DNA from: Nageia nagi
Taxonomy: Eukaryota; Plantae; Pinophyta
DNA: 64,000 nucleotides
Direction of reading: 5' to 3'
NCBI GenBank assembly: GCA_050084985.1
Contig: JBITNC010000001.1
Coordinates: forward strand, 186,000,001 to 186,064,000
The first letter of the stretch is position 1; every line of letters begins with the position of its first letter. Positions 26,321 to 39,585 of the stretch are shown one piece after another. The translations under genes were made by a program, and so were the position numbers. Below the pieces are notes generated by a model. The model saw only the letters and a list, made by a program, of their open reading frames with translations. It did no database searches and had not been told where the DNA came from.

Positions 26321-29041
26321 TGTAATGCATCCATCTATTCTTATTAATCAGAACCCTAAATTCCATACCTATTTTTTATTTATTTTAACACTCAAATAAT
26401 CTAGGAATGAACTAGATGATCTCACATGAGCTTAATAATGGTGCTAGCTAGTTTAACACTCCAATGGCAATATTTATCAAGAATTAGGGTAACCAACCTT
26501 AATAAATATTTCTAGTTTTTATTCCTCAACACTCATCCTATTAATAAGATGCCTTAAAGGTAACCTCACCATTCATGTTCCATGTCCCATGTGTAATAGG
26601 TTTTCTAGTCACGACATAGTGGGTTTCTACTTAGGCCCCATACAACTTGAGAGATCACACTTCCACTAAGTTAGCATCATTACCTAATGATAACTCTCCA
26701 TATCATAGGAGTAGATAAATTATCCTAAGAAATATTCCATATGAGCGGGAAGCATCACCCATGGAATAATTATTATACCTTTATCTACTAACTATAAGTG
26801 GTATGACTACTAGTTACCCTCATCTGGTAATTGTAGTTTTTTCAATTGCTATCCCCACATGACACACCTGTCAAAGGATATGATTCACTAGCCTACCCAT
26901 AACTATCAGTTAGTCCCATCATGTGGTATGTCATTCCTATGCCCATAACTTGGAGAGTTATGTATATTAAATAATATCTTTGAGTGGTTTATTAGTCTAA
27001 TTTATTATTAAATATGTTGATAAAACGAACCACCTATGGTCTACTAACCATAAACTAATGTTCTCAAATAGTGAAGAGGGTACAAGACATCATGCATAAT
27101 ACAAGTTCTAGGGTTTAACATCATTCATATTTTTCCATGAGGTGCACATAGGAAGTTTTGGTTATAGGCTTACTAGGAAGTCACCTAATTCTATTTATCC
27201 CATATGCATTGTATAGCATAAATAGATCTACTTTAAAAGTCCTTATGCATACATAAGTAGCAAGTCATGAGGTAAGGTCTAGCCACTATTGCTACAAAAG
27301 TAATATGATACTAAATGGACCTCACATAAAGAATATTCTTTTTATTTATCATTTAGTGGTGTAGGTTTACTTGGTGAAAGTTCTCCATCATTTTATTTGG
27401 ATTATTATATCCATCCCAAAATTTTCATGGGAACAAATAATTCTTTTCAATATTCTCCTTAGTCCTTGGTTGTAATATGGTAGAATCTAAGTAGATTAGG
27501 TTTTATCTTATTAACTATATATTACTACTATACTATCTACAAATTTCTAAATTTTTCCAAAGTATTCTAAACCATCCCATTTAATCCCATTGAGTCCCAT
27601 TTGTACCCATTTTGATACCAAGTGCCCCTAAAATTTTCCAAGTGATTCCAAATTGTCTCTTTCGAACTATAACTCCAACTTAGGATTATTTCTAAGTCAT
27701 TGGGATAGTTTTGGGTTTATTGGGATTAATGACCTAATGAATCTACTTCCATATACCACATTATTCTCATTGACCCTTAACAACTTATAATACCCATTAA
27801 CCATTTCAATGTAAAAATAAATATTAATTTCTACTTTTATCCATGTAACCATTACTAGTCATCATAATGTCATTCATGATAGAAAGGAAACTCAGTAAAT
27901 CATAATAATTTTCATAATAAAACCAATTCATAAAAGTACAGACTCATCTACCTTTCATATATCAATATATAAATATAAAATAACCTTCATATATAATTTT
28001 AAGTCAACACAAAAATATTAATCAATTACAAGAGGTTCCAATATACTTAGTGAAATTTATCCATCAACATCTAATTTAATGACATATGTTTTTATAGACC
28101 ATAAAACATACAAATAATCATCATGTCTCATAATACAAATTTGAAACAAATGGAGTATATCATTGATAGACTAATAAATCATTCTTTAATTTATTTCTTC
28201 ATAGAATAAATCCATCGATATTTGCTCAACAAACATCTTCATGGACCTTTGTTCAATGATCATTTTCATGGATATTTGGTCAATGAGCATCTTCATGGAC
28301 CTTTTGTGGATAGGTCAAGTACTAAGAGGGAGGAGGATCAAGACAACCCATTAAATGTTTTTTACCAACAATGCAAATAACTATCATTTTGAGTCTATAC
28401 TCATGGACCTCAAGAGGACTTGGGTCCCCCCTTCCTTGGTCTAGTCATTTCATAATTATAATTTACTTCATCCTTAAAATTACTTTTATTTTCTATTAGC
28501 AAGAATTAACCATTTTTATTTCCACTCTCATTTTATTTTTTTCATTATATCTACTATTCTCTTTTTATTTAAAGGGATTCATCTATATCATGTTATCAAA
28601 TGATGATTTTAATACCAAATAAAATTCTTATTACTTTATTATAATGGAGGCATATTTGTTAAAATAACCTTTAATTATTTTATATTACCTTAGAAGATAA
28701 TCCATTAGAGAATGAAATAGGATTCCCTTCTAAAATGTAAAAATCTAACATAGTGTAATATTATATTAAACATCCAATTTTGTTGAATCGGATCAATTCA
28801 CTTTTCATTCCAATATAGAGGACATGTTTGTGAACTATGGGCAATAGGGAAAATATAAAATGACTCAATAATAATCCTAATGCAAACATAATCTAAATGA
28901 ATGCATTATATATCATAGGGTGACCACAAAGCTCATACGCTAGAAGAAGGCATAATAGGCATTTAAAAAAAAACTATAATTTTACCATAGATATGTGATT
29001 TTTCCTATGTGAAATGGTAGAGTTTAAAAGGGGTGATTACA
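26321..29041 (-). repeat. 5' LTR of element 1 (~2.7 kb)
   Basis: Begins tgtaatgcatcc next to the PBS and ends ggggtgattaca (TG...CA with a TGTAAT inverted terminus). The partner LTR is not in the window, so the right end is inferred. Confidence 0.7.
28234..28305. repeat. Three ~27-bp tandem units (catcttcatggaccttt..tcaatga) inside the element 1 LTR
   Basis: Seen directly in the sequence. Confidence 0.7.
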
Positions 29042-29270
29042 TCATAGATATGTTTGATTCAATTAATAAGACTATGTAGGTAAAGGGAAAGACAATGATG
29101 CTATTATTAGATAAAGGCCAAACTCTACAACTTTTAATATCATTCTTATTAGTATAAACCATTGCATAAGCTCAATAAGGAAGTATGGGAGTTTATTGCA
29201 GATATTGATTTTTATGGGCATTTGGAATACAATACACATAGATCAAAATTTATGAAGTATTACAACAATT
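29042..29270 (+). pseudogene. Decayed pentatricopeptide-repeat (PPR)-like coding relic, left part
   Basis: Translates to DYVGKGKDNDAII..RPNSTTFNIIL and IDFYG, resembling the plant PLS-PPR motifs GYAQNG..EAL, KPNSTTFASIL and IDMYAKCG. Confidence 0.45.
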
Positions 29271-29399
29271 TGTAACATCCCATTTGCACTTTTTATCAGA
29301 CCCATTGGGTCATCTTGTACTATAACTATTTATATTATTTGCATTTAGATTGTGTAACTTACAATAATAGTTTAATGAATCATATGGACCCCACTATGA
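29271..29399 (+). repeat. Element 2 5' LTR, first segment (interrupted by element 3)
   Basis: Aligns by eye with 38316-38444. Confidence 0.88.
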
Positions 29400-29867
29400 T
29401 GATGGAATTAAAGGATTCCATATAACCAATATCACCTTGAAGTTTCACCAACAAATCTATAATTCATCCATATAGAAAAGCATAAAAAATCACACAAAAG
29501 ATAACACATCATGTATAGTGGTTCCTACATCTTTTGGGAGTACATCCACTTTGAACCATCATTATATTACTTTCTCATAAGATAAGTCTCTTACAACTCT
29601 ACACAACAAGCATTACCATGCTTAATATGGTTACATAATGAGAGGGATACCTCTCCATTTGTAAGAAGAAATCCACCTTTTAACCTTTCTTTTACCCAAG
29701 GGTAAGGTTAATTATATTTCTATATTTAATTCTATTTCTAAATTTATTTTTCTTTCTATTTTTATTCCCTTAATGCTTTAAGGTATCTAAAAATACTTTT
29801 AGCATTAAGTGAATTTACATATAAAAATAAATATTACATAGTAATTATTACATCACAATTTCCAACA
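29400..29867 (-). repeat. Element 3 3' LTR
   Basis: tgatggaatt...atttccaaca, followed by ctctccttt (PPT aaaggagag on the minus strand). Confidence 0.88.
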
Positions 29868-30682
29868 CTCTCCTTTAATTTAATATTGGGTAGAATTTAA
29901 AAAAAAATAAAGAGAAATAAGAAAGAGAAAGTAAGAGAGAGTTCTCTTCCAAGACATACAAGTGGAGATGAGAACATTTTACATATTTAAGAAAGTAATA
30001 GAATATAGATGGTTCTATAATGGCTCAATTATTTAACCATTTTAATAAATAGTTTTACAATACAATCATTAACTAAAAATGATTTCTTCCTACAAGAGTA
30101 GTCATTTAACAACATGTTGATATAATGAGCCTCCATAAGCCTACATACTTGAAATAACTTGTTGCAATCTTAAGATGAACCTACAAGCTACAAGTAGCTC
30201 ATAAATAAGATCAATTATGTACATCATATATACTCATATAATATAGATGTCATTCATAAATCAATTAAATATACCAAGTCATCATATATGCATAGCATCA
30301 AATATCACATACATCATCAAATATATATCATATGTGCAAAATGTATTATCATTCTCAACCAAAGGATAAGAAATATCATCAATCGTTATAAAAAAAATTT
30401 GATTTTTGATTTCTATAATTATTTGTGTTTATTTGTTTTAGATCATTATTCTATATTTTTTGAGGGTATATGGTGTCATCACATCATAATATTTTATAAT
30501 TTAATTCTCCTCTTTTATGACAACTTCACTAAAAAAATACTTATGTGATGTTGTTAGCTTAAACATGTCACAAATGATCAAAAAATAATATAACTAGGCC
30601 ATAATTTTATATTTTTAAGCCATAAATATCAACTTGAACAAACACAAAGCCAAGGTTTACAAAGCATAAGCCATATATTAAA

Positions 30683-31055
30683 TCAACTTGACTTTACCAA
30701 GAGTGGCACAATAAATTAACTTGACTTTACCAAGAGTGAGTCGAGATGCCAAAATAAATAAACTTAACTTTACCAAGAGTGAGTCAAGATATCATAATAA
30801 ATAAACTTAACTTTACCAAGAGTGAATAAAGATGCCATATTAAATAAACTTGACTTTACCAAGAGTGAGTCAACATGCCATCTTAAATAAACTTGACTTT
30901 ACCAAGAGTGATTCAACATGCCATCTTAAATAAACTTGACTTTACCAAGAGTGAGTCAAAATTCCATAATAAATAAACTTCACCTTACCAAGAGTGAGTC
31001 AAGATGTCATCTCAAATAAACTTGACTTTACCAAGGGTGAGTCAACATGCCATAT
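30683..31055. repeat. Minisatellite, 9 copies of a ~43-bp unit (aaataaacttgactttaccaagagtgagtcaagatgccat..)
   Basis: The core ttaccaagagtg was counted 9 times; each unit carries the inverted repeat cttgact/agtcaag. Confidence 0.92.
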
Positions 31056-31736
31056 TAACCATGCTACTAGTTAAGACATATATGATAGAAAAAGGTAGCA
31101 TTCATCTAACAAGGATGCAATTTTCCATAAAAGATTGTAATGTAGAGAAGGATGAACCTTTTTAATCACTCCAACATTCAATAATCATGAATAAGATTGA
31201 ACCTTTTTAACCACTCCATACAATTGAATTAGCAATATGGTAAATAATCCATCATCATAGATCTATTTCTCTAACATGAAAGTAAAATATGGCAAATAGT
31301 ACCTTATAAGTCATCACAAAGATGCCAAGCCAATAATTATAGTCACAAACCTCCTAAGGACAAAGTAAGCATTACTTTAAACCTTCTTGGGAACAAATAA
31401 AAAATAATATGCTTGGATTTTATACTTGCTAGCAATGTGGCACAATCCATCAACATGGAAGAATTGCTTTGTTTTTAGACTTCACCTTAAGAGTAACTTC
31501 ATTAAAATTGAAGCATATTACAAAACTTTACACATGTAGAGAAGAATATACATTTCTCAAAGGTACTTTTATGCTTCTTTTATAAAGTAAGATTAATATT
31601 ACATTATCAATATCCTTAATAAGTTTTGTGAAGAGAGTTTAAATTTTTTTCACTCCAAGTATAATATTCAATGTTGAGTAAGTTTATAAACTCTATTCTA
31701 ACAAGCATGTGTGCACAATAAAAAACATCCAACTAG

Positions 31737-31740
<4 letters not shown>

Positions 31741-31772
<32 letters not shown>
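31741..31772. repeat. (GT)16 microsatellite
   Basis: Seen directly in the sequence. Confidence 0.98.
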
Positions 31773-31775
<3 letters not shown>

Positions 31776-32912
31776 GTGCACAACCAATAAAAATAGTAAT
31801 ATTTAAAGAAAGCTTACACAAACTTTTTCCTTCAAATGATGTACATAACAAAATTAATTTTGGAAGTTCAAAAACTATCATATCAACTATTTATGTAACA
31901 AATGTGTAGATAAATATAAATATCAATTTTAAGTTCAATGCACATTAAGAATACTAAGACTTTTGTAGTATAAATTAATGCAATCAATATGGTTTGTGCA
32001 TGTCAAAGGTTAAAATAAATTTTTACTTAAATTTCAAACATTATGCACATCCAAGCACATCACATTATGCATATCCATACTATTAATAAAGTGCATTTTT
32101 AATTATCAATATATTGGATGTTTCTGTCAATTAAATTTGATTTAAATATCTCCAATGTTACCTTGAAAGAAATTGTAATACTTACAAAAATTGCACAATA
32201 ATGGTGGCAAGTAACTTTGATAAAAAATGTTGCTTTCAAAAAATTAAGATAAATATGTACAATTGCAATATTTTCCACTTAGTCTCATAAGATTATAAAC
32301 ATAATCTATAATTTTATCCAAAAATATGTGTCCAAGATATAATTTTACAAAAGAAATTAGTTTCTAATATTTTGAAAAAAATGGTTATATTTATAAACCA
32401 TAAGCATGTTTATACTTTTAAAAACTTTTGATGTTATAATAACACTAACAAAATGTTTTGAATACTAATTTTAACATTTACTTAAATTCTAGGAAAGATC
32501 ACATTCCTTTTCATTAAATAAAAAATTGCACAGGAATGCACTAATGTGCTTTGTATTTATATTTTACCTTTGCAAATATTTAAATAGTTTACCAAATTTT
32601 AAAAATTTGATATTAATAATTACCACCACATTGTTAAAAAGGTAACATGTTTTTTTTTAAATAAAAAATTTGTAAATAATTTTACCTTTGTAAATAATAA
32701 GAAAGGTTATTTTTTAAAAAATATCCCATATACTAAAAAAAGATAACATACTCTTTTTCTTATTTTTATTTTTATTTTAAAAACTTCACCCCTTTTTTAA
32801 AAAGGATGCCCAAAAAAAAAAATTACTATATTTTTTAAAAAGAAAACTTATTCTTAAAATAATATCCATAATATTTCATAATTTAATTATTTTTTGTATA
32901 ATTTTTGAAGAT

Positions 32913-33246
32913 TGGCACCCACAAGGCTGCATGCCCTCCAAGGAGGGGTGATGCCCTTGGACTATGCATCCTCCATGGAGGGGCAGCATCTAGTAGGTTT
33001 GCACACCCATTCCAAGGAGGGACAGTGACTAGTAGGACTACATGCCCACACAAAGGAGGGGCCACCCCCTAAGGAATGTGCCCTCTCCAAGAAGGTGCCA
33101 CAATCTTTGGTGCATGCCCTCTTTAAGAAGGGACTATCCCCTAAGGAGCATGCCCTCTCCAAGGAGTGGCCACCCTCTTAGGTGCATGCTCCCTCTCTAA
33201 GAGGGGTCACCCTTGGGTGTGCACTCCCTCTCTAGGAGGGGCTACC
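32913..33246. repeat. GC-rich degenerate tandem repeat (~9 units of ~33-36 bp, catgccctctccaaggaggggccaccc)
   Basis: GC island between very AT-rich flanks, with recurring ccctc...gaggg. Confidence 0.8.
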
Positions 33247-33553
33247 TTATAATTTAAAAAAATGTTTTATAGTTTTTAATTATTTAATTTGTTAAAATAA
33301 AATTATGTATCCCATTTTTTTAAATATAATACAAAAATAATAAAACTATATTATATATAAAAAAATATAACAAGAAACAAAACTTTTAAATGAAAACTAT
33401 ATATAAATATACAAAAAACTATTTTCAAAAAAATATATATATCCTTATTTTTGGAACATATAAAATATATATATATTAAACAAACTTTATTTTGCATGTA
33501 TATAATTTTTACAAACATACATCAAGCTTGTTGAAGTGAAAACTCCAAGAATA

Positions 33554-33565
33554 GCTTTGATACCA
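33554..33565 (-). promoter_or_regulatory. PBS, tRNA-iMet type (element 3)
   Basis: Reverse complement TGGTATCAAAGC. Confidence 0.85.
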
Positions 33566-33567
33566 TT

Positions 33568-34036
33568 TGATGGAATTGAAGGATTCCATATAACTAAGAT
33601 CACCTTGAAGTTTATCTAACAAATTTACCATTCATCAATTTAGCAAAGAAAGAAATAATCACATAAAATATAACACATCATGTATAATGGTTCCTCCATC
33701 TCTTAAGAGTACATCCACTTTGAACCATCATTCTATTACCTTCTCACAAGATAACTCTCCTACAACAATACATAACAAGCATTACCATACTTAATCTGGT
33801 TACATAATGAGAGGGATACCTCTCTATTTATAAGAAGAAACCCACCATTTAACCTTTCTTTTACCCAAGGAAAAGGTTAAAGATGTTTCTATATTTAATT
33901 CTATTTCTAAATTTATTCCTCTTTCTATTTATATTCCCTTAATGCTTTAAGGCATCTAAAGATACATTTAGCATGAAATAAATTTACATTTAAAGAGAAA
34001 TATTACATAATAAATATTACATTAAAATTATCAAAA
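33568..34036 (-). repeat. Element 3 5' LTR
   Basis: Homologous to 29400-29867 and adjacent to the PBS. Confidence 0.88.
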
Positions 34037-35144
34037 TGTGAACCCCAAGTGTGATTTATCCCTCGTAAGTAGTGGACTAGATATATTTTGTATTAGAGAT
34101 CTTGGATTGTATGAATCCCAAGGTATGTTTATGCACTTATAAGTTTGATGGCCACCAACATGGTAGCACCACACTAGGGAGGGCCCCATACCTCCACACT
34201 AGCTTATTAAAGCTCCAAGACCCCCATGTTGGGATTTTAGATGTTGGGGACCCCATGTTAGCACCTTATATGGTCATGACCCCCATGTTGGTATATTAGA
34301 TGATTATGACCCCCACATTGGCACTTAAGTGAATTGCCCCCCCCCCCCCCCCCAAATACCCAATGTTAGATTAAATGAACTAGATGACTTCTAGCTAAGA
34401 TACAAACATGATCAAGATATAAGTAGACATTGGAGCTTTAGTATTGGGTAGCTATTAATTATTATACACTTCTATTATAGACCTTTAGGCATAAGACTAA
34501 GTGAAGCAATGGGATCTTGATTATCTATGATTTAGGTGGAGCAACTAGCCCATTTGATGGAATTTTCTAGGATTTACTTCTACCTTCAATGGTTTACTAA
34601 GGTTCAAGGAGAGCTCCTTTAGTGGAGAGGATTTGGAGTCTAAGGGAGTATATCTATTTCATGGTTCTATAGCTATTCTAGTATTGTGATATTATTATAT
34701 TTTACCCTAGTTAGCTCCTTGGAGGCCAAAAACTAGCTCTTGGAGCTAGATTTTATATCATTATTCATATTATATCTTAATATAGGCCATTGATTATTAG
34801 ATCTCATGTGTTGTATTATTTTTTCCATGTATATGACATCATTTAGAATCATTGTATCTCAATTATGCATGTGATAGTGTTAGGATCATTTATTTATGTT
34901 GGTTTTCCATATGATAGTATTCATTGGTGTTGTAGAATTATATATTCATCATTATGAACATTCATTAGGTTTTTAGTGGTATTGGAACCTTTAAAGGGCT
35001 AATGTTAGCCTTGGGGGTGTGTTTAAGGATTTAGGAGGCCAACATTGGTATTATGGATGCATGGGTGAGAGTGTTGGTAACCCTAGTTATTTGGTTTTGA
35101 TAATCATTACTAATTTGAGTTAAGATCCCTTTAAGATCATTACA
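34037..35144 (+). repeat. Element 2 5' LTR, second segment
   Basis: Aligns by eye with ~38440-39585 and ends aagatcattaca. Confidence 0.9.
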
Positions 35145-35146
35145 AG

Positions 35147-35158
35147 TGGTATCAAAAC
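35147..35158 (+). promoter_or_regulatory. PBS, tRNA-iMet type (element 2)
   Basis: TGGTATCAAAAC, 2 nt after the LTR; a decayed TGGTATCAGAGC. Confidence 0.8.
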
Positions 35159-36199
35159 TAGGATCTTGCTAGCCTATGCATGAGACCTAGAATCCATCAC
35201 TATTACAATAGATCCAATAAGATAGAGATGGTGTCTTCCAAGAAGAGTGGTAGATCTAAGGAGATAATAGAAATAACCATCTAGAGTGAGGAGAGATGAC
35301 CATGGATGAATGAGCCTCCTATAGAGGAAGCTTCTAGTGATGAGGGAGGTACATATGAGGTGCAAGGAGATAGATAGAGGTTAGATCACAAGAGAAGCCC
35401 TACTTTGATTTATGAACCTACCCCCAAACAAAAGTTTAATGTGGTGATATCTGTTATTAATATCATGATTAGGTTCATCTCTTTTATGCATTAAAATATT
35501 TCCAAGCATTGGGAGACTTTGAGGAGTAGAGAGGCATAGATCACCATTACAACATGTTAGAAATGATCCAATAGCACAACACAATATCTAGGATCATAGG
35601 GATCACTCACATTTGGTTATAAATGACCAAGATACCCCATGTACATCTAGGGGAGGTAGAGAGATCTCTCATCTAGGTAGGGAGAGCCAAGATACCCCAT
35701 GTCTAACTAGATATGATTAGGAAACCCCATGTCAGGTAAGGGATGACTAAGAGGAGTATTCTAAGGATGATTGGGTAGCATGAGCCTAGTTTGAGGAGAT
35801 CTCAAAGTTTGAGGGATAGATAATCCACCCATCATGGATCATTGGGGTATCTAGAGGTAAAATTCATGAGATAACATTCTAATAGAGAACCCTTGGGTAC
35901 AAAATCTCTCCTATGTCAATACCTAGAGGAGGATGTTGGTAGACTAGAGGAATAGCCTATGATTCTGGGGCCATCTAAGCCCATGTTTGCATAGAAGATA
36001 GGGGAGTATTTAAAGAATAAGGTGCCTAGTCCATTGGTGTTGAACTAAATCTTCAAAGAGTATTCCATGCTAGATCTTAGTCTGAGGAGATATTCAACTT
36101 CAATAGCTATCTTGAGCTAATGGGATTAAAGATAAGTGCAACACATGGTCCACATATTTAAAGGATCCATTTGGAGGATAAGAAGGATCTAAAGCATTG

Positions 36200-37400
36200 A
36201 ATCAATAAGATGTAGGTTACTATGTATGATGGGATGATGATGATGGCTAGGGAATGGCTACATCAATTATAGTCATACTTCACCCTAAACCCTAACATCA
36301 TGGAGGAGGATATTATTCACTTTGCATCATTACACTTAGAGGATGATGGCTTAGAGTGGTGGTAGCATGGTGTGATTGGTTAGGGGTATTCACTCATCAC
36401 CTCATTTGATGAGTTTACCAAAAAAATTTCATAGATGTTTGATCGAAAGAGGAAGAATGAATACTTCTAGGACTTGATGATATTGAGGTAGACTTGAGTA
36501 GTGGATGAGTTTGTAATGGAGTTCCATAAGATAGGCATCATGATCCATCACATTCTATATGAGAGGTTGGATTTCCTCTTCATTGAATGTTTGATGGAGC
36601 CATTGAGAGGGATGGTCAAAGTGTCCTCTCCTAGGAGCCTTGTAAATTCTATCCAAGTAGCCTATAACTTGGATCCTACCATGAAATACCTTAGGGGAGG
36701 ATTAATTTACAAGGGGTTGATTAATCAAAAGTCATTTGATGAGGGACCTAGCAAGGCCAAGACACTTCCTCCATCTAGGCCAGATCATTTAGATGCAACT
36801 ACATGGAGGAAGTTGAGAGAAGAGGGTAAGTGCTTCTTATATAAGAAGAATTAGGAGCTCAAGCACCATTATTTGGGGAAAGGTCAAGCATACTACATTG
36901 ATATGTTTTCAAAGGAGGATTCAAAGGAATTAGATTTGGATTTAATAGTTAACATGGAGGACTTAGGATCACCATGAGTGTAAGGCACCCTTGGGAGCAT
37001 GATCACTTCACTCCATGGGGTGAAGAAGTATTTGAATTTGAAGATTATGGGTTAGGAAGGTGGATAGGATGTAATGGTGCTGATAGATATTGTAGTATCC
37101 CACAACTTCATAGATGCTAGTTTTACTGAATAGAAGGGTTTGGAGACCAAGGAATTTTAAGTTTCAAATGCCAATAGAAAACTCACCTTGGTTGATCAAA
37201 TTATGGAGTATTTTGGAGTAAGATTGTAGAGTTATGTAGTGAGGGAGGACTTATACATATACCCTTTAAAGGGGCATCCTCACATCATTTTTGGAGTGTA
37301 GTGGCTATTCAACTTGGGTGATATTCATACCAACTATGAGAAGCTCACCATGAGGTTTTAAATACATGGTAAGAATCACAATTTATAAGGAATCTAAGAT
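36200..37400 (+). pseudogene. gag, zinc knuckle and protease relics of element 2
   Basis: FASLHLEDDGLEWW*HG; ORF 36501-36854 ending LREEGKCFLYK; VMVLIDIVVSHNFID at 37071-37115; HIIFGV*WL. Confidence 0.85.
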
Positions 37401-38301
37401 GGTTATCCATAGGTGGATAACAAGAAGCTAGAGTTGATTGAGTGGTGTCATCAAAAGGATGAGGATGGAGAGGCCACATTATAGTAGGAGGAGCTATGAG
37501 TAACCATGTTGGGTCATGAGGGAGTTAGAACCCCAACATTGGCCATCCAAAAGAACTCTCACCCCATGTTAGGCATATGGGAGCATTCACACCCCATGAT
37601 GGGCATTTTAGAGTCTTGTCCACCCATGTTAAGCATATAGAGAGCTATAAATGCTACATGGAGTATCTCAGTTGATGTTTTTGTTATGTCAAGTATTTAG
37701 TAGGTTGGTGATACCAAGTTGGATGCTAGGGAGGATTTCCTTATCATGATGGGTTTCTAAGAGATTTAGGACCCCATGTTAAGGCTTGAGGAGGTTGGGA
37801 TCATTTATTAGAGGTATCAAGATGACATCTATCCATTATTGGATTTTAGGGAGGCTATATTCCCATCATGGGGGTTTCAAGAGCTAGTGGGTGAGATGAT
37901 CTCTCACTTCACATTGGTCATGAGGAGCTTGAGTGATCTTGAGTGGAGTATAGAGGAGTTACTGTTGCTTAGAGAGAGTCTAGGCTCCACTTATTCCATG
38001 CTAACATTTATATTTCTTAAGGCTTTATAGGTATAATACAGCCTAAGGGTGCACGTAGTCCCATGGCTATGAAGGTTTGTGACTAAGCATTTGTTAAGGA
38101 GTGATAATTATAATAAACTAGAGTTTACAACTTTCATTAACATTAAAGAATGGAGCTCTAATTTTTCACTCTACACCACCATCTAATATAGTGCATATTG
38201 AGGTTACATTTTACCATCATGTACTATAAGTGATAGTTTTAGAGGATGCATGGGAGATTGCATGCTATGATCCCTTATGATTGCTTGATGATAAGCAATT
38301 C

Positions 38302-38313
38302 AAGAGGGAAGGA
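38302..38313 (+). promoter_or_regulatory. Polypurine tract of element 2
   Basis: aagagggaagga just upstream of the 3' LTR, preceded by LEDAWE..LLDDKQF, which resembles a pol C-terminal tail. Confidence 0.75.
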
Positions 38314-38315
38314 TT

Positions 38316-39585
38316 TGTAACATCCCTTTTGTACTTTTAATGATACCAATTAGGTCATATTGTACTATAACTATTTATGTTATTTACATTTACATTATGT
38401 AACTCAAGATAGGAGTTTAATGGGTCATGTGGACCCTATTGTGAGTCCCAAGTGGGATATCTCCCTCTTGAGTAGTAGATTAGATATGTTTTATATTAGA
38501 GATCCTAGATTATGGGAATCCCAAGGTATGTTTATGCACTTGTGAGTTGGATAGCTACCAACTTGCTAGCACCTCACTAGGAAAGGCCCCATACCTCCAT
38601 GTTGGCTTATTAGAACTCCAAAATCCCCATGTTGGCATTCTAGGTGTGGGGGACCCCACATTGATACCTTAAGTGGTCATGACCCCCATGTTGGCATATC
38701 ATATGATTATGACCCCCATGTTGGAAATTAAGTGAATTGGGCCCCCAAAATACCAAAAGTTGGATTAGATGAGCCTAAGATGAATTCTAGGTGAGCTCTA
38801 AACATGAGAAAGGTATAAATAGACATTTAGAACTTTAGTATTGGGTATATATTGATTATTATACACTTCTACTAAAAAAATTTAGGCATAAATATTAGCA
38901 ATACTAAGCATGCCATTCCTATATGGAGCATCTAGAGGGTGATTGGGTAATGGGATCTTGACTATCTATAGCTTAGGTGGAGCACCTAGCCCATGTAGTG
39001 GAATTCTAAGGATTCACTTCTACCTTTAGTGGTTCACTAGGTTTTGAGGAAAGCTCCTTTAGTAGAGAGAAATTGGAGTATGAGGGAGTGTGTCTATCCT
39101 ATTATTCTACAATTATTCCAATATTGTGATATCATTGTATCATGCCCTAGTTGGCTCCTTAGAGGCTAACAAAGAGATCTTAGAGCTAGGGTTTGTATCA
39201 ATATTCATATTATATCTTAATACAAGCCATAGGGAATTAGATATCATGTGTTGTATTGTTTATTCCATGTAGATGACATCATTAGGCATCATTGTATCTC
39301 AATTATACATGTGATAGTTTTAGGAGCATTTGTTTATGTTGGTTTTCCATATGGTAGCATTTGTTGGTGTTGTAAAATTACATATTCATCATTATGAGCA
39401 TTTGTTGGGTGTGTAGTGGCATTGGAATCTTTAGAGGGCTGATGTTAGCCTTGGAGTGTGTTTAGGGCCTTAAGAGACCAATGTTGGTATTATAGATGCA
39501 TAGTTGAGGGTGTTGGTACCCTTAGTTCTCTAGTTTCGATCATCATCACCAATTTTTTAGTTAAGATCCCTTTTGAATCATTACA
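38316..39585 (+). repeat. Element 2 3' LTR (~1.27 kb)
   Basis: TG...CA termini; homologous to the split 5' LTR. Confidence 0.9.

Larger units (their letters stand above)
1..29041 (-). mobile_element. Degenerate Ty3/gypsy LTR retrotransposon (element 1) hosting the array; 3' end lies outside the window
   Basis: Domain order on the minus strand is LTR, PBS, gag, CCHC knuckle, protease, RT, RNase H, integrase (gypsy order). Many stops and frameshifts. Confidence 0.93.
29400..34036 (-). mobile_element. Non-coding (non-autonomous) LTR element (element 3) nested in the element 2 5' LTR
   Basis: ~468-bp direct repeats at 29400-29867 and 33568-34036. TSD tatga (29395-29399) / tgtga (34037-34041), with a single tgtga in the uninterrupted 3' LTR of element 2. 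No retro domain recognised internally. Confidence 0.9.
29271..39585 (+). mobile_element. Non-autonomous Ty3/gypsy LTR element (element 2): gag and protease relics, no RT or integrase core
   Basis: LTR pair tgtaacatccc...tcattaca, flanked by caatt (29266-29270) and taatt (39586-39590) as a 5-bp TSD with one transition. PBS and PPT present. Confidence 0.9.

Noticed and set aside
30683-31055. CRISPR array
   Set aside because: The repeats are palindromic, but the linkers are short and near-identical rather than unique spacers; there are no cas genes and the context is eukaryotic.
31693-31881. ORF containing an HTHTHT tract
   Set aside because: It is a translation of the (GT)16 microsatellite.
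32883-33162. ORFs of 60 and 66 aa in the GC-rich island
   Set aside because: By-products of a GC-rich tandem repeat with no recognisable domain.
34102-39272. Short ORFs inside the element 2 LTRs (34102-34299, 38360-38545, 39090-39272)
   Set aside because: They are not preserved between the paired LTRs and show no domain similarity.
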